A stretch of DNA of 63,456 nt, filler included, from Reticulomyxa filosa (GCA_000512085.1; 23 parts of 23 records of this genome joined end to end with filler, not necessarily neighbours in it), one strand, 5' to 3'. Positions 50,156 through 62,807 are shown, numbered from the whole stretch's first letter. Notes: generated from the sequence alone by a model not told the origin. A program made the numbers and translations.

Positions 50156-50439
50156 NNNNNNNNNNNNNNNNNNNNNNNNNNNNNNNNNNNNNNNNNNNNT
50201 TAATTAATTAANNNNNNNNNNNNNNNNNNNNNNNNNNNNNNNNNNNNNNNNNNNNGCCATTTAGGTATGGCAGTTTTTTTTGCAATCTACTGTATTACTC
50301 CGTTAATTCGTTTACTAAATTTTATTTTATCAAATTATAAAATATCTTGTTTGCTGCCCTTTTAGTGAGCTAAATGAAAATCGCAAAAGATAGTCTATGC
50401 ATGAAGGAGTTAATTCTATGAAAAAAATTAAGTAAATGG

Positions 50440-51179
50440 CTATTGTTTCTCAACACCATTAATTGTAACAACTAGTGTTTTTTTGTCATAATCATTTTCT
50501 TGAAACTGTGCAAACCAGAGCCCTTGCCAAGTTCCAATATTAAACTTTCCACCAGAAATTGGAATTGTGACTTGGGACCCAATCAACATATTTTTGATTC
50601 TTGCATCGATTTGATCCTTTTCCTTTTCGTCAGTCTCATTTTTGTTAGTGTCGTCTGTAATATTTTTTGCTGCATTGTCATGGTACATAACGTATCGCAA
50701 TAGTGATACAACAAAAAATCCGTTTAAATCCTACAAAACTCTTTGGAGTGTGGGCTGAAGTAAGGCCTTTTTGATGGACAATGCGATTAAAGATAGTCTC
50801 CATGTCTATCAACACGTTACTGTCCCAGCTCTCACAAAGGGCCAACGAACAGTTCTACATTTTCATTAAAGTTTTTTTGTTTTTGTTAATTTTTCTGATC
50901 GTCTTTGATTTTGAACAAATAATCTCCTTGTTACACAATACGAGAGTTTTTCCTTAACGTTATGCTTCACTATAACGGTTTCATTTGTAACAAGAACAAT
51001 ACAACAAATCGCACTATAAGTTCCGAAACAAGATACTTTTACACAAATTGCTTACGAAAAACATGACAGATTCCAGTATTAATACGCTGGATATCTTTCA
51101 TCACCACTTTTGGGAGTTCAAGATAATGAAAGCCACGCTTGAAAGGCCCAACTTCTACAGTGTGCTGTAAGAATGTCAT
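50440..51179 (-). CDS. YjbQ/UPF0047 family protein (includes an 11-nt micro-exon)
   Basis: MTFLQHTVEV..KRGFH..INTGICHVF | LKHN | NCSLALCESWDSNVLIDMETIFNRIV | ...IKNMLIGSQVTIPISGGKFNIGTWQGLWF. Confidence 0.88.
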
Positions 51180-51738
51180 GATGATAATTGCAAGGGACTA
51201 GTTTTTTATATACAAGCTGTCAATCATTCGTTACAGCTCTTTTTTTTACAAATTTCAGGTTTCAAAATTCGTGTAAAACAAAAAATTATTGAATAAAGCA
51301 TTTTTGTTTTCACATAAAAAAAGATCTGTGGCTTGTAAAATTGCTTTCGAATCTTCATTCAAAAAACTTTAGTGGTCATAAGTGCGGTGCCACAGTTGAA
51401 ATCTTGCAAAGGAGATGGATAAAAGTAAAGATGAATTATTGTCATTGAAAATCAATTATAATTGCAGGTAGAACGGAGCAGCAGAGCTGTCCAACGAAAG
51501 GTCAAAAAAATATCAGTTTGTTATTCGGAAGGAACGACTCCCCCTTCACAATATCTGATAGCCACGCAGAAGTGATGAATTGCGTAGTGGAAAAGCAAAA
51601 CAATGTAAAGAGGAAGAAGAAATGTGTGAAAAAAAAGAAAATTACTTCTGTAGCAACTGGAATGTGATCAGATTTTCCCAAGTCTCTACAAGATGAATAA
51701 ATAAGAAGTTTGTGGACCTTTTTTTTTTTTATTTTAAG

Positions 51739-52152
51739 TCAAAGCTTCACTTCGGTTGTTGTTTCATTTGGGGTTGGAATTTCTTTGGCCCTCTTGTCAA
51801 TTTCATGCATACGCATCCGTTCCATTTTGACTTTGAGGGAATCCCTCCAGTCATCGGCTCTGGTACCGATTTTAAACTTTTTTATTTTAACAACATAATC
51901 TATCCATTCTTTTGCCAAATCGTATCTTGGAGAAAAATCTTCCCAGGTCTTTGCATTATTTGCCCTTTTGTATAATGAATGAGCTGTCCTGATGTAATAG
52001 CGATTCCACAATTGACTCAACGGCTTATTACTGTTCTTCCACATTGCAGGATAGAACATTTTTTTTTTAGCACGAATATGATCCAATCGCCTTCGGAGAG
52101 CTGGGGTTGGCTTTTGAGGTACCAACCCTTTCTTCACAGGTCCACGATTCAT
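51739..52152 (-). CDS. Hypothetical basic protein, 137 aa
   Basis: Intact ATG-to-stop ORF with protein-like composition; divergently oriented from the TBC gene. Confidence 0.6.
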   Translation of the reverse strand: MNRGPVKKGLVPQKPTPALRRRLDHIRAKKKMFYPAMWKNSNKPLSQLWNRYYIRTAHSLYKRANNAKTWEDFSPRYDLAKEWIDYVVKIKKFKIGTRADDWRDSLKVKMERMRMHEIDKRAKEIPTPNETTTEVKL

Positions 52153-52452
52153 CGTCTCTCTAGGGTGACGAAAATTCTAGAAAATACGGACAATCTCAAT
52201 ATTTGTCGATCTAGGAAGAGGAGGAAAATGAAAAAATTTTGCGCGAATGATAGTTTGCTAGAAAAGGAGATTATTATTTTTTTTTTTGTTCAATTTTATT
52301 GACCACCTTTTGTTCTAGTGAAACATCCAACATATCTTGGCTATATGCTCATTTTAACTATTAAAATTTTTGCGGACGTTATTACAAAAGCTGAGTGAGA
52401 GTTGTGTCCAAGATGAACTTTTTTTTGTGACACTGCGTCAAACACATTCAAA

Positions 52453-53125
52453 ATGTCAAAGGCAAATGATGAGCATATAACCTATGTTGACACTTACGGC
52501 TTCAAAATTCCAGAGTTATTTGAAATAATAACATCTCTAAAACAATAAAAATGAGAGAAAACAAATCAACCCAACCAAATCAAATAGAGAGGAGTCGAAG
52601 CGTCGGCTGGAAGAAATCCACACGGAAGAACACAAAGTAAAAATCCGTAAAGAAAACGAACGTGTAAAAAAATGGCTCTTTATGTTGGAGCATGAACAAC
52701 AATTTTTCCATGGCAATCGTAAAAGCAAGTTGAAAGCACGCATTCGAAAAGGGATTCCAAATGCAGTGCGAGGGAGAGTGTGGAAGCGACTTGTCGGAGT
52801 GGATGAAGCAATGAAAGCGAATCCAAAGTATTACCACCAATTGCTAGAAAAAACCCCAGGAGAGCCATGGAAGAGCACCATTGACAAAGATTTGGACAGA
52901 ACTTTCCCAAACCATTGTTTATTTTATGACGTGAAATTTCTGGGGTTCGACAATTTTTTTTGTTTTGTTTTTTTTTGTATGACTTCGATCAAATTCAATT
53001 GAACACATTTTTTATATTTGCCCTTTAGACAATCATCGTTGAAAAATCTGTTATATGCTTATGCCGTACATGACGAGGAATGTGGATATTGTCAGGGCAT
53101 GGGGTTTATTGGTGCACTCATGTGT
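52453..53125 (+). CDS. TBC-domain Rab GTPase-activating protein, 5' part
   Basis: VDTYGF, RVKKW, IRKGIPNAVRGRVW, IDKDLDRTFP, LLYAYA, GYCQGMGFI. Confidence 0.95.
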
Positions 53126-53244
53126 TAAGTTTTTTTTTTTTTTTNNNNNNNNNNNNNNNNNNNNNNNNNNNNNNNNNNNNNNNNNNNNTTAATTAATTAA
53201 NNNNNNNNNNNNNNNNNNNNNNNNNNNNNNNNNNNNNNNNNNNN

Positions 53245-53913
53245 AACTTGGAGCAATTTTATTTGTTCTTGATGTTGAGTTTTCGACTCTTCCAACTTCA
53301 TTTCGCATGCAGTTAATTTAATTTGTAATTGTGTGGCATGGACGTGAACAAAATTCATGTGATATTTTATTTTTGCTTGGATGTGTTCTTTTTCATTGTA
53401 TCGAAATATGATATCTTTGCATCCATATTTGCGAAATGGACAATCGATTGGTGATAATGGACATGACTTTTCCAAATGCTCTTGCAGGTCTTTTATTTTG
53501 CCTTTGTATTGACATCCATCATTCAAACTAGTCATTTTCGATCCTTCATTTGATCCTGCTTGAAGTTGTTGGTATTGCCGGGGACATTTCACTTCGAGAT
53601 TGTCAAGCCTTTTTCGCACGACTCTACTTTTTATATACGTACAATTACTATGTCCATTTTTTGACGGACACTTCCCACTATTCTCTTGCAAATGCTTGTT
53701 CAGACATTCTTCTCCAATTATCAATACGTCATCACCTTCCACATGCCCTTCGCATGTTAATTCCATTGCATCTTTCACAACTTGTCCACATTTGAAACAT
53801 GTGTCTGTTTCTAATAGCCCCTGTTCACACCATTCTATCCAGCCTTTATCATAGCAATTCGTAATTTTTGTATCCTTCTTTTCCTCTGATTCTTCAACAT
53901 TTATTTGCAACAT
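53245..53913 (-). CDS. RING-like plus TRAF-type zinc finger protein, 5' part
   Basis: CFKCGQVVKDAMELTC..H..IIGEECL..CP; LEVKCPRQ; GCQYKGKIKDLQEHLEKSCPL; CPFRKYGC...H. Confidence 0.85.
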
Positions 53914-54380
53914 GTTTCCCTATGCTTTATTGGGACGAGAATCTTTTCCATTCCAGTTCAACCCCACCCTTTTTTTTAAAAAAAATTATCTTGACTTTAA
54001 AGTTGTTACAGTGTACGGTAGTGTTTCCAGAACAAGACCGATGACAATTGTAAGCAAAAAAAGTCAAAATTTTTTGTTGGTTTGAATATAATAGCTAAAA
54101 AGGAGGCAAGTAGCAAAAGATAATTTAGATCAGTGTCCCGAGTTTCTTTGTTTGATACATTTAAAACATAATTCGTAGCGATTTACAATATTTATTGTTT
54201 GTTAGCAATGACAAAAGTGATTGAAATGCTCAATTTCCTTCATTTTTTTAAAGTGTCTTGATCAAATTATTAAAGGTAAAAAAAAAGATAATGTCAAGTT
54301 TGAATAATGCAAACTATAAGATAAACACAATTGACGTTCTTTGTTAGTTGCTCTCTCTCTTTTATAAAAAATTACACTTT

Positions 54381-55436
54381 TCAATCATCGAATTTGATAG
54401 AATTCGATTGAAAAGAAATTTTGCCACCTCCATGGAAGGCCTTCTTTTTGTTTTTATTTTTTTCTTTGGTAAAGTTCTTCCCTTTGACTTTCTTCAAGTT
54501 GTTATACGCTCTGCGAGCATATTCGTCTCTTCCATCGTACGAGTTATCTTTTAACGCGTCATATTCGAAATTGTGGCGTTCTTTCACCCGTTTATAGCGC
54601 GTGCCTCCTCCTCCTGTACGGATTACTTTGGGTTGATCTCCATTCCGTTCATAATTTTCATTGTCATTTTTATTTTCTTCTTTATTCCAATTTTGGTTAT
54701 TTTTGGCCTGTTGTGAACTAATCAAAAACAAACAATGATCATCTTCTCTCAATTTTTTTTTTAATAAAAAGAAGACCCTTTGTCAAAAAAACTTGGTACA
54801 CAAAAAAAAAAAAGGATTAACTTTGCATGTTGTTTATTATTATTAGCATTGTTACTGTCATTATTGGCATTGGCATTGGCATTGGCATTGGCAGCAACAG
54901 AATTAGCTTGAGCAGCGGCGTTTTTATTTTGATTTTTATTTTGATTTTGATTTTCTTGTTTGTTATTGTTTGGTTCCGTTTTTGCACCTGGCTTTGCATT
55001 TGAGACATCCTTTTTCGCCTTGGTTTTCTCTGTTTCGTTGTCATCGCTATCATCGCTATCATCATCCGAGGGACTGTCATCACCCTTCTTCGCTTGGCCT
55101 TGGCTTTGTTTTGGAGCGGCCTTTGTCTGGCCATTTTGCGTTTTTGCATTCGCACTTGCACTTACATTTGTATTTGTATTTGTTTTTGTATTTGCTTTCT
55201 GTTCCACTGGCGTCTGTGCCTTTGTTTGAGTCTGCGACAAAGGTTGCGATTTCCCTTGCGGTGCCTTTTTAGTCTTCTTGTTATCCTCGCTGCTATCGTC
55301 GGAATCCTCGTCATCATCATCAGAGCTCTCCTCTTTGGTCTTTGTTTTCTTTTCCATCTTATTATTACCATTATTCGCATTATTTTTATTTTTATTATTA
55401 TTAGCAGGAATAGTAGTTGTAGCCGTGTTGTTGTTG
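54381..55436 (-). CDS. NOLC1: Nucleolar phosphoprotein NOLC1/Nopp140/SRP40, 3' part
   Basis: Alternating S/D-acidic and K/A/Q tracts, then SRP40_C: YKRVK..LKDNSY..LKKVKGKNFTKEKNKNKK..GGGKISFQSNSIKFDD. Confidence 0.88.
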
Positions 55437-55659
55437 NNNNNNNNNNNNNNNNNNNNNNNNNNNNNNNNNNNNNNNNNNNNTTAATTAATTAANNNNNNNN
55501 NNNNNNNNNNNNNNNNNNNNNNNNNNNNNNNNNNNNAGCAAACACAGCGCATTCTTTTGAGACTCTTTTGTCATAGCTGCCCCTCCAAATCCGCCTCTAG
55601 TTCGTTCGAATAGTGGGTCATTCACACACACACACAAACATACAGCCCTTTTTGCGAAC

Positions 55660-57677
55660 AAGCGAAAGCAAGACAAAGATGAACGTGCACTTACAAGACT
55701 CCAAACACCAATAAGATATTACATAAGGTGGCAGCTGTTACACACATTCATACACACCATGCCAAAGTGCTACTTAGTTTGTCCAAGAGCAGGTATATAT
55801 ATATATATATATAATATGTATATACCTGTTCTTGGACTGTCAAAAATGGTTGAAACCAATGTACCGAATGTCATGATTGACAGCCCAAACATGTAAAGCC
55901 AAAGGAAGATGACACCAGGTGCCGAGTACTTGAATACCTTTTTATACGTTCCCAAATGAGCATTTTAAAGGGGGGGGAGAATAGGGAAAAAGAAGAAGAA
56001 CAGACAATGTTGTAGTAGCCAGAGATGATCACATTGCTTTCTTTAGCAATACCTGTCCGATTGTGCCAGCGGCCCAGCAGAAGACAATGATTAATGTGAA
56101 CTCGAACCAAAGCCACAAATACCACGCTAAAGTTATTTCAATTGCAAATGTCACAAGTGATTCAAAAAAAAAAAAAAAGAGACAAACCAGTCCAATAGGT
56201 CGAAACGGTAGCGCCCATCATCTTCATGCCTTCTTTGGTTTTGAACGATTTTTCGTCGACCAATTGGGAGGCCACTTGGTTGAATGGATAAACAAAGCCA
56301 AAGATAATAAACCACGCAAATGCAAAACTGACATTGTTCCAATAATTGTCCGTTCGATATGAAGCCGTGGGAAACACGTGGTACCCTCGCGTCAAGTCGT
56401 ACGAATACTTGGACGCAGTCGACTGCGACACGTTGTTCTTCGTGGCTACGTACTGTGTTATCGCATTGTCGACGAACACTTGCAACGCAGCAAATCCCGA
56501 CGAGTACGCGTATTTCTATTGCAATATATATATATGTACATACACATGCAGAGTTATTTTTTCCTGCGAGCAAAAAAAGGTTTCTTTTTTATGATACGAC
56601 TTGTTGAGCCTTTTTTTGTTCAACTAGTTGTCATTGCTATACAATTCCGTGTATCCTTCTCCCCCCCCTTTTTTTTTTTTTTTTTTTTTTGAAGAGTACT
56701 CTTCCCCTCGTTTCACGTGTGTATGCATATACAGCAACACACTACAAAAAAAACAACTGAAGCATAAGAGCGCCATAGGGTGTCCATGTCTGGCTGAAAC
56801 TTGTCGACAATGGTTTCGGAAAACGTTCCGGGGACCTTGGTGTAATTGGTGCGAATGCTATATTCCCACGTCGCGCCATCGTTGGACGGATTGGAAAACA
56901 CAATGGCCACGGCGACAGGACGCTGTCCATTGTCCGTCGCTACCTTCCACGTCTTGCCGTAGTTGTCGTTTGTGCAATATTTATTCAGCTCCTCGTTGCT
57001 GTCAAAATACTTTAGAAGTGGACCTAGGATACGTAAGTACACGTATACATATATATATATATTTACATTTATTGTAATTTAAAAAAAAAAAAAGAACACC
57101 TTGGGCCCAAGGAAGACGAGAAGCTTGTTGTTGACAAAGCCACGAATCGTTAAAGTCTGTCATGTTACCATTAGCTTTCCAGTGCGCCTGCATAATATCT
57201 ACGACCCCTTGGATATGGACATTACTACTGGGATTCGGTACAATCGCCAAATATCCAGGAGGCCAACTTTTGTTATGTATACGTATGTGTATGGTTTCTT
57301 TTGAACAAAGCTTTGAATTCACAAAAAAAAAAAATTAAGTAACGTATTGTCTTCAGTATTGCATAGCAAATTGGGTGCGTAGGAAGACGTTTGTGAATCG
57401 TTAGTAAGGAATTGCTCATTATCATACCGCAATCCATAATCAACATCCTTGCTGATCACTACGGCTGGAATGCGCAAAAAACCTAACACGGCAAAAAAAA
57501 CTGCTGGAAATAAGATCTTACATAACCACCACTTTGGACGTCGCCGACATTGTGTCATGTAATTTTTCCACACTAACAACATTGTCATCGCCCAAAATCC
57601 AATTCACTGTTTTCTACGTTCTCGTTCGCGTCTTGTTGCTCTTTGCTACCTCTCATCTTTACTATCTCTACTTCCAT
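55660..57677 (-). CDS. ABCA-subfamily transporter, N-terminal part, multi-exon
   Basis: LLVWKNYMTQCRR, AVAIVF, WEYSIRTN, LQVFVDNAI, LVDEKSFKTKEGMKMMG, VFKYS..VIFL, VSTIFDSPRT. Confidence 0.9.
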
Positions 57678-58145
57678 TTTCGTCTTGCTTCCTTCCGTCT
57701 AGTGACAGTATACGTGTGTATATTTGCTTACTTTTCTTTCGGTTTCACAAGAGCACCTCAGGGGGAAGTTTCTTTCCAAAACGTACTCTCGTTGCAGTCT
57801 TTCGCTTTGAAAATAAAAGGTGCGTATAAACTTTATCAGTTTTTTTTACAGTCAGATAACAAAATACTAGACTTAAAGGTTCACAAATTACAGATGTTCT
57901 GAAGTCTGAGAAAAGAAACAAAAAACTTGCTTTTCAAAACCCATGTTACACAAGTAAAAGATTTGTTAGTGCCAAAAAGACAATGAATCCGAATCAAATG
58001 AAAAAGATGAAAATACAGTCGAACAATTTCGAAAAAAACTCAAAAATACATTGTAATATATAAGATCGTTGAAGAATTTCAAGTCAGACTAAGGTGATTA
58101 TTTAAAACAGAAGCTAAATGCAATGAAATAAAATGTACCAAATAG

Positions 58146-58367
58146 TGTAGGAATAGTGAGACGACTAAGTGTAATACGAAAGGAACTTAGTTCAAAAAGC
58201 AACTTCAGTAAAAGGAAATTAAATTAACAAAAATAATTTCAACACAAGAAAGGAAAACAAGTAAAGAAAACACAAAAGTGAATTGTGTTGTGAAGAGGGT
58301 TTTAACCCACCGGGGATCCCACCGTTCCGTTAGTATTTGAGATCGTATAATAGGGACTTACCCTACA
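58146..58367. mobile_element. Solo-LTR-like element, 222 bp, TSD ATAG
   Basis: ATAG|TGTAGG...CCTACA|ATAG; 6-bp terminal inverted repeat; aligns by eye with the 26782 copy. Confidence 0.82.
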
Positions 58368-58414
58368 ATAGAAGAAGTGGAAAAGTCGTCAATTTGACCA
58401 TATTTTCGTCTAAA

Positions 58415-58660
58415 ATGTCTCAAATCAACAACTTTCAAAGTTTGCATCAATTACCCAAACCATTTGCAGCTTTACAATGTATTTTGTTCAGGGACGAAAT
58501 CCTTATGTGTGGAGGCTACAAAACTAACAACTGTTACTCGTACCACACTGAAAAAGCAATACAAATACATCTGCTCTTATCCTAATGATGTTCAATTGAA
58601 TGGGCATTGCGTTGTGTAATTGATTCATTCGCAAATCAGTTCCAATGAAATTTACAATCG
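58415..58660 (+). pseudogene. Kelch-type beta-propeller family relic (frameshift, premature stop, truncated)
   Basis: FQSLHQLPKPFAALQCILFRDEILMCGGYKTNNCYSYHTEK / QYKYICSYPNDVQLNGHCVV-TAA. Confidence 0.8.
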
Positions 58661-59278
58661 ACTGAAAAAAAAAGACAACCTAAAATGAACCGTATAAACA
58701 TTTGCAATTTTATTCATGAAAAATTAAAAATTTTTCAAAATCTTTTTTGATTATCTAGACATCATGTAGAATCTAAAAATATCTTTGGTTTTTAATAAAA
58801 GCGTAGAAAACAAGCAAAAATCGTTAATGTTTTTGTTCATTTTTTGAAAATTTTAATAAATATTAAATATTTTCATTTTTTGAATTTTGTTAATCCTTTT
58901 TTTTTAGTTGTCTTTTGAGTTTTTTGAAGTTTTGTTTTGTCTTTAATCCGTTTTTTTTTTGCTTTTTTTGCTGAATTTTGTGAAGACATTTTACACCTTG
59001 CCAGCTTGGTGAAATTAAAGCTTACAAAAGATGTGGTCTTCGTGCTAAGCGCACTATAGTCCTTGCCCTGAATGAATATAAATCGATAATAATGTATAAT
59101 ATATTCAAAGTGTGTTTAAAATATCTCTTTTGAAGAAAAAGAGGTTTTAGGAAAAATAGATTAAATGTTAAAATTTTTGGAAAATCTAATACTTACTTTA
59201 AAAATATTTGAAATAGCTCTTTTGGGAAAAGAAATGTTTATGAATTTTTTAAGAGATAGAGAATTTTTGTTAAAGGAA

Positions 59279-59380
59279 TGTGTTGGTCGCTTTGACTGGC
59301 ACAAAGTGTAATACGAAAAAAATGTTGCTTTCAATAAAAGACAAGCAAATTAAATTAAAAGAATAAATCACAACAAAAAG
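59279..59380. mobile_element. Degenerate copy of the solo-LTR-like family
   Basis: CTTTGACTGGCACAAAGTGTAATACGAAA matches the 2302 copy; termini and TSD not resolved. Confidence 0.4.
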
Positions 59381-60058
59381 AGGAGTATTGTTTTTTTTAA
59401 AGAAAAATTGAAAAAAAGGATAAATTTAATAACGATAATATTTGAAAGAAGAAAATGAGTTCAATGTATTTTTTAAAAAGATGGATTAAATATTTGGGAA
59501 TGTTTAAGAGGTTTGAAAAATTAGCACAGTCTTGAAAAAAAATGAGAAATTTTACAATTGTGCATAATAAATAGTTTATAATAATATTAAAAAAAATAAT
59601 AATAATTTGAAATATCTCATTTGGGGGAACTAAATTCTCTTTTGAAAAAAATGAATAATTTTGCAGTTGTTGTACAATACTTAATACATAGTGTATGTAA
59701 TAAGAAAGACTTGCTGCTGGAATGAGTCTTCAATAAAACAAAGGTAACTTAATAAAAGATAAAAAAAGACTTTTGGCAAAAGTGGGGGGGAAAAAAAAAG
59801 AATTAAAGGATTGAAATTTAAATAAGAAATAAGAAAAAAATGGTATGTGAATAAAAATAGTAATAGAAATAAAGAATTAAACGTTTGTTAAAGGATAAAA
59901 AAAAGAAAAATAGCTGTTTTGAAAAAATAGTAATTTTGCAATTGTATATAATAACAGAATACTTAAACAATAAAAGGTATACTATTTTTTTCCAAAGTAA
60001 TAAAAGAAATAAAAAGGGATTTAATTTGGAAAAATTTTTTTTTTTGCATAAAAAAGAA

Positions 60059-60427
60059 ATGGCAAAAAAATCAGATGACTCAACTCAACTGAACATGATA
60101 CACTTGTTGAACAATGGAAAATAAAAAATGTAATAAAACATTTATCACAAGCACGTGGAAACGGAACATCAATGATATCACTGGTAACACCACTAAAAGA
60201 TCAAACATCAATAGTACAAAAAATGTTACAAGATGAACACGGAACAGCATCAAATATAAAATCAAGAGTAAATCGTTTATCAGTATTATCGACAATAACA
60301 AGTGCAAGAAAAAGATTAAAATTATATAATAAAGTACCTAAAAATGGTTTAGTAGTATATTATGGTGCAGTAATGACAGATGATGGAAAAGAAAAAAAGA
60401 TGTCAATGCATTTTGAACCATTTAAGC
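60059..60427 (+). pseudogene. ETF1: eRF1 N-domain; divergent copy or pseudogene (3' truncated by contig end)
   Basis: [55 protein letters not shown]; frameshift at ~60080-60090. Confidence 0.8.
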
Positions 60428-60527
60428 NNNNNNNNNNNNNNNNNNNNNNNNNNNNNNNNNNNNNNNNNNNNTTAATTAATTAANNNNNNNNNNNNNNNNN
60501 NNNNNNNNNNNNNNNNNNNNNNNNNNN

Positions 60528-60760
60528 GCATTTTCATGTGTCGTATATACGACATGATCTTGTGCTCCCCCCTTCTCCTGGAGTCAGGTGGCTGCTGTAC
60601 AGCACCGTCAAATTCTTCCACAGTCCATTCTCCGCCATCTCCTTCGCAATAAACAAATGCAGTTCTTTGTTCAACGCTTCCATAAACGCCGTTCCTGGGG
60701 TTATTTGATTCGAATCAAATGTGTCTACCGACACACGACCTTCTCGTTTGTTCCTTTCCT
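60528..60760 (-). CDS. 5'-3' exoribonuclease (XRN family) exon fragment
   Basis: FDSNQITPGTAFMEAL...VLYSSHLTPGEG(E)HKIMSYIR with a 1-bp indel in the G-run. Confidence 0.88.
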
Positions 60761-61305
60761 TTTTTTTTTTTTTTTTTAGTTGTCTCCTAGATATTCGGAT
60801 TCGGTAATTGCCCAAAAACAAAGGGACACTATGAATAAGAAATTGTAAATTTTTCAAATTGTGTTGAAAACACAGTTCGCATCTCCAAATTGAAGAACAT
60901 AAAATAATTAAAGTTATTTGTGTCATTTGTAAAAAAAAAACAACTTAACCAGATTTCTGCACATGACTTCCTCAGCAGTCATAAAATTAAAAAATTACTT
61001 TACTAAGCTTTGATAATAAGTAACTCGACAATTGATTACATATAAAAAAAAAAAAAAATGGAATAGGCCCTTTTAAGAGTGCTTCCACTTATCATGATCT
61101 TTTTATGTGCATTTTAATGAAAATCATATCTAATTATTTTTTATGGATTTATAACTATACTTTAAAAAAAGACAATAGTCTCCAAGCAGTTTATGTCATA
61201 ATTAAAATAGCTTTTTTATTGTTAGCTCATTTTTTCATTTGTTATTGCTTGCTTTTCAATTTAGTTTTGGTAAATTTCAGTAAAACAAAAAACGACTGAA
61301 AGGCA

Positions 61306-61535
61306 TGTGGAATGTCCGCTGCTGAAAAGAACTGCAAAGTGTAATACGAAAGGTTGGCTAGCTCCCATGAGCAAACTTTCAACAAAAACGAAATTTGTTA
61401 AATGACGAGAGGATAATGGGCTAAAACAAACAAGCAAAAGTAAAAGAACAAAAAACTGAGGAGTGTGAACCAGAATAAAGAAAGCTCTGATATTTATTTG
61501 GACTTTTGATAATGATTAGTACTACACGTACTACA
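61306..61535. mobile_element. Solo-LTR-like element, 230 bp, TSD GGCA
   Basis: GGCA|TGTGG...CTACA|GGCA; internal AAAGTGTAATACGAAAGG motif. Confidence 0.75.
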
Positions 61536-61869
61536 GGCAAATACTTGCTTGTTTAAAATATTATTTCTTTTAGGTAGAAAAGCGATTCTTTGCATTTATC
61601 AACCAAAAACTTTTAATTGTGTCGGTCTTATGAAATACTTGAAAATTTTTAAAAATTACGTTTTATGATTCGAAAGACGTCCCATTTGTCCACTTTGAAC
61701 AACAATCAAAGTATTTTGGATTACTTACAAAAGCACAAAATGCTATTGTTTGGAAGGAAGACGTTGCTTTTTACTACGACGTACTGACCACTTTGTAAAA
61801 CTGGCTCTTTTTGAACGGTGATTCCTTTTTTTCTCCTAGCAGTATTGCAGTTGTGGAAAAAGGTGTGAA

Positions 61870-62322
61870 ATGGAGTACAAAACTGACGAGTCGAGTAAAG
61901 CATGGGATTTGTTCAAAATAAATGCGGAAGCTGTAGTTCGAAATTATAACGTCGAACCTCGTCTGGGTTAGTGGAAAGACTGTTCGAACGAATTTTTTCT
62001 TCAATTTTAGCATAAGTTTGTTTTGATTTGCGCACATAGACTATCGTACAATCAGTGGTGTCAATGGACCATTGGTCATCTTGGATCACGTCAAAGTTAA
62101 TTAGATGCCTCTTTCAACCCTTTTTTTTCCTCCCCTCCTCCTAAAACATCACTCATTCAAAATATCTTTCGATCTCTCGGTACAAAAAAAAAAAAAAAAG
62201 GGGTGTCAAATAAAAAAAAATAGTTTCCTAAATACGCAGAAATCGTGAATTTGACATTGACAAACGGTGATAAAAGACAAGGACAAGTGTTGGAAATTGA
62301 AGGAGACAAAGCTGTTGTCCAA
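61870..62322 (+). CDS. ATP6V1B: V-type H+-ATPase subunit B, first three exons
   Basis: RNYNVEPRL | [19 protein letters not shown] | [28 protein letters not shown]. Confidence 0.95.
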
Positions 62323-62807
62323 GTTAATAATAAAAAAAANNNNNNNNNNNNNNNNNNNNNNNNNNNNNNNNNNNNNNNNNNNNTTAATTAATTAANNNNN
62401 NNNNNNNNNNNNNNNNNNNNNNNNNNNNNNNNNNNNNNNTTATTATCATTGTTGATAAAAAATGACAACTATCTATTGTTCAACTTAGCAGCCATTGTGT
62501 TGTTAATGCATTCACAATGATGGTCGGATGGTTATTGTAAATGGTTGAATACACATTCATTTGTAAATTGCAATTTGTTACTATTGCTATTTATCACACT
62601 TTACACTCTTTTTTATGTTCAATGTTACCATTTTCAATGTATTCCTTTGCATGATAATCTAATCCTCTGCGTGAACGTACATCTCCATTACATTCTTGTG
62701 TGTGTCCAAAATATCAATGCGGGCACCAAAATTGCTCTCTCTCTCTTGTATCGTTCAAATAAAGAAAGGTACAATTGCTGCTTGTCACATTCGAAATATT
62801 AATATTG

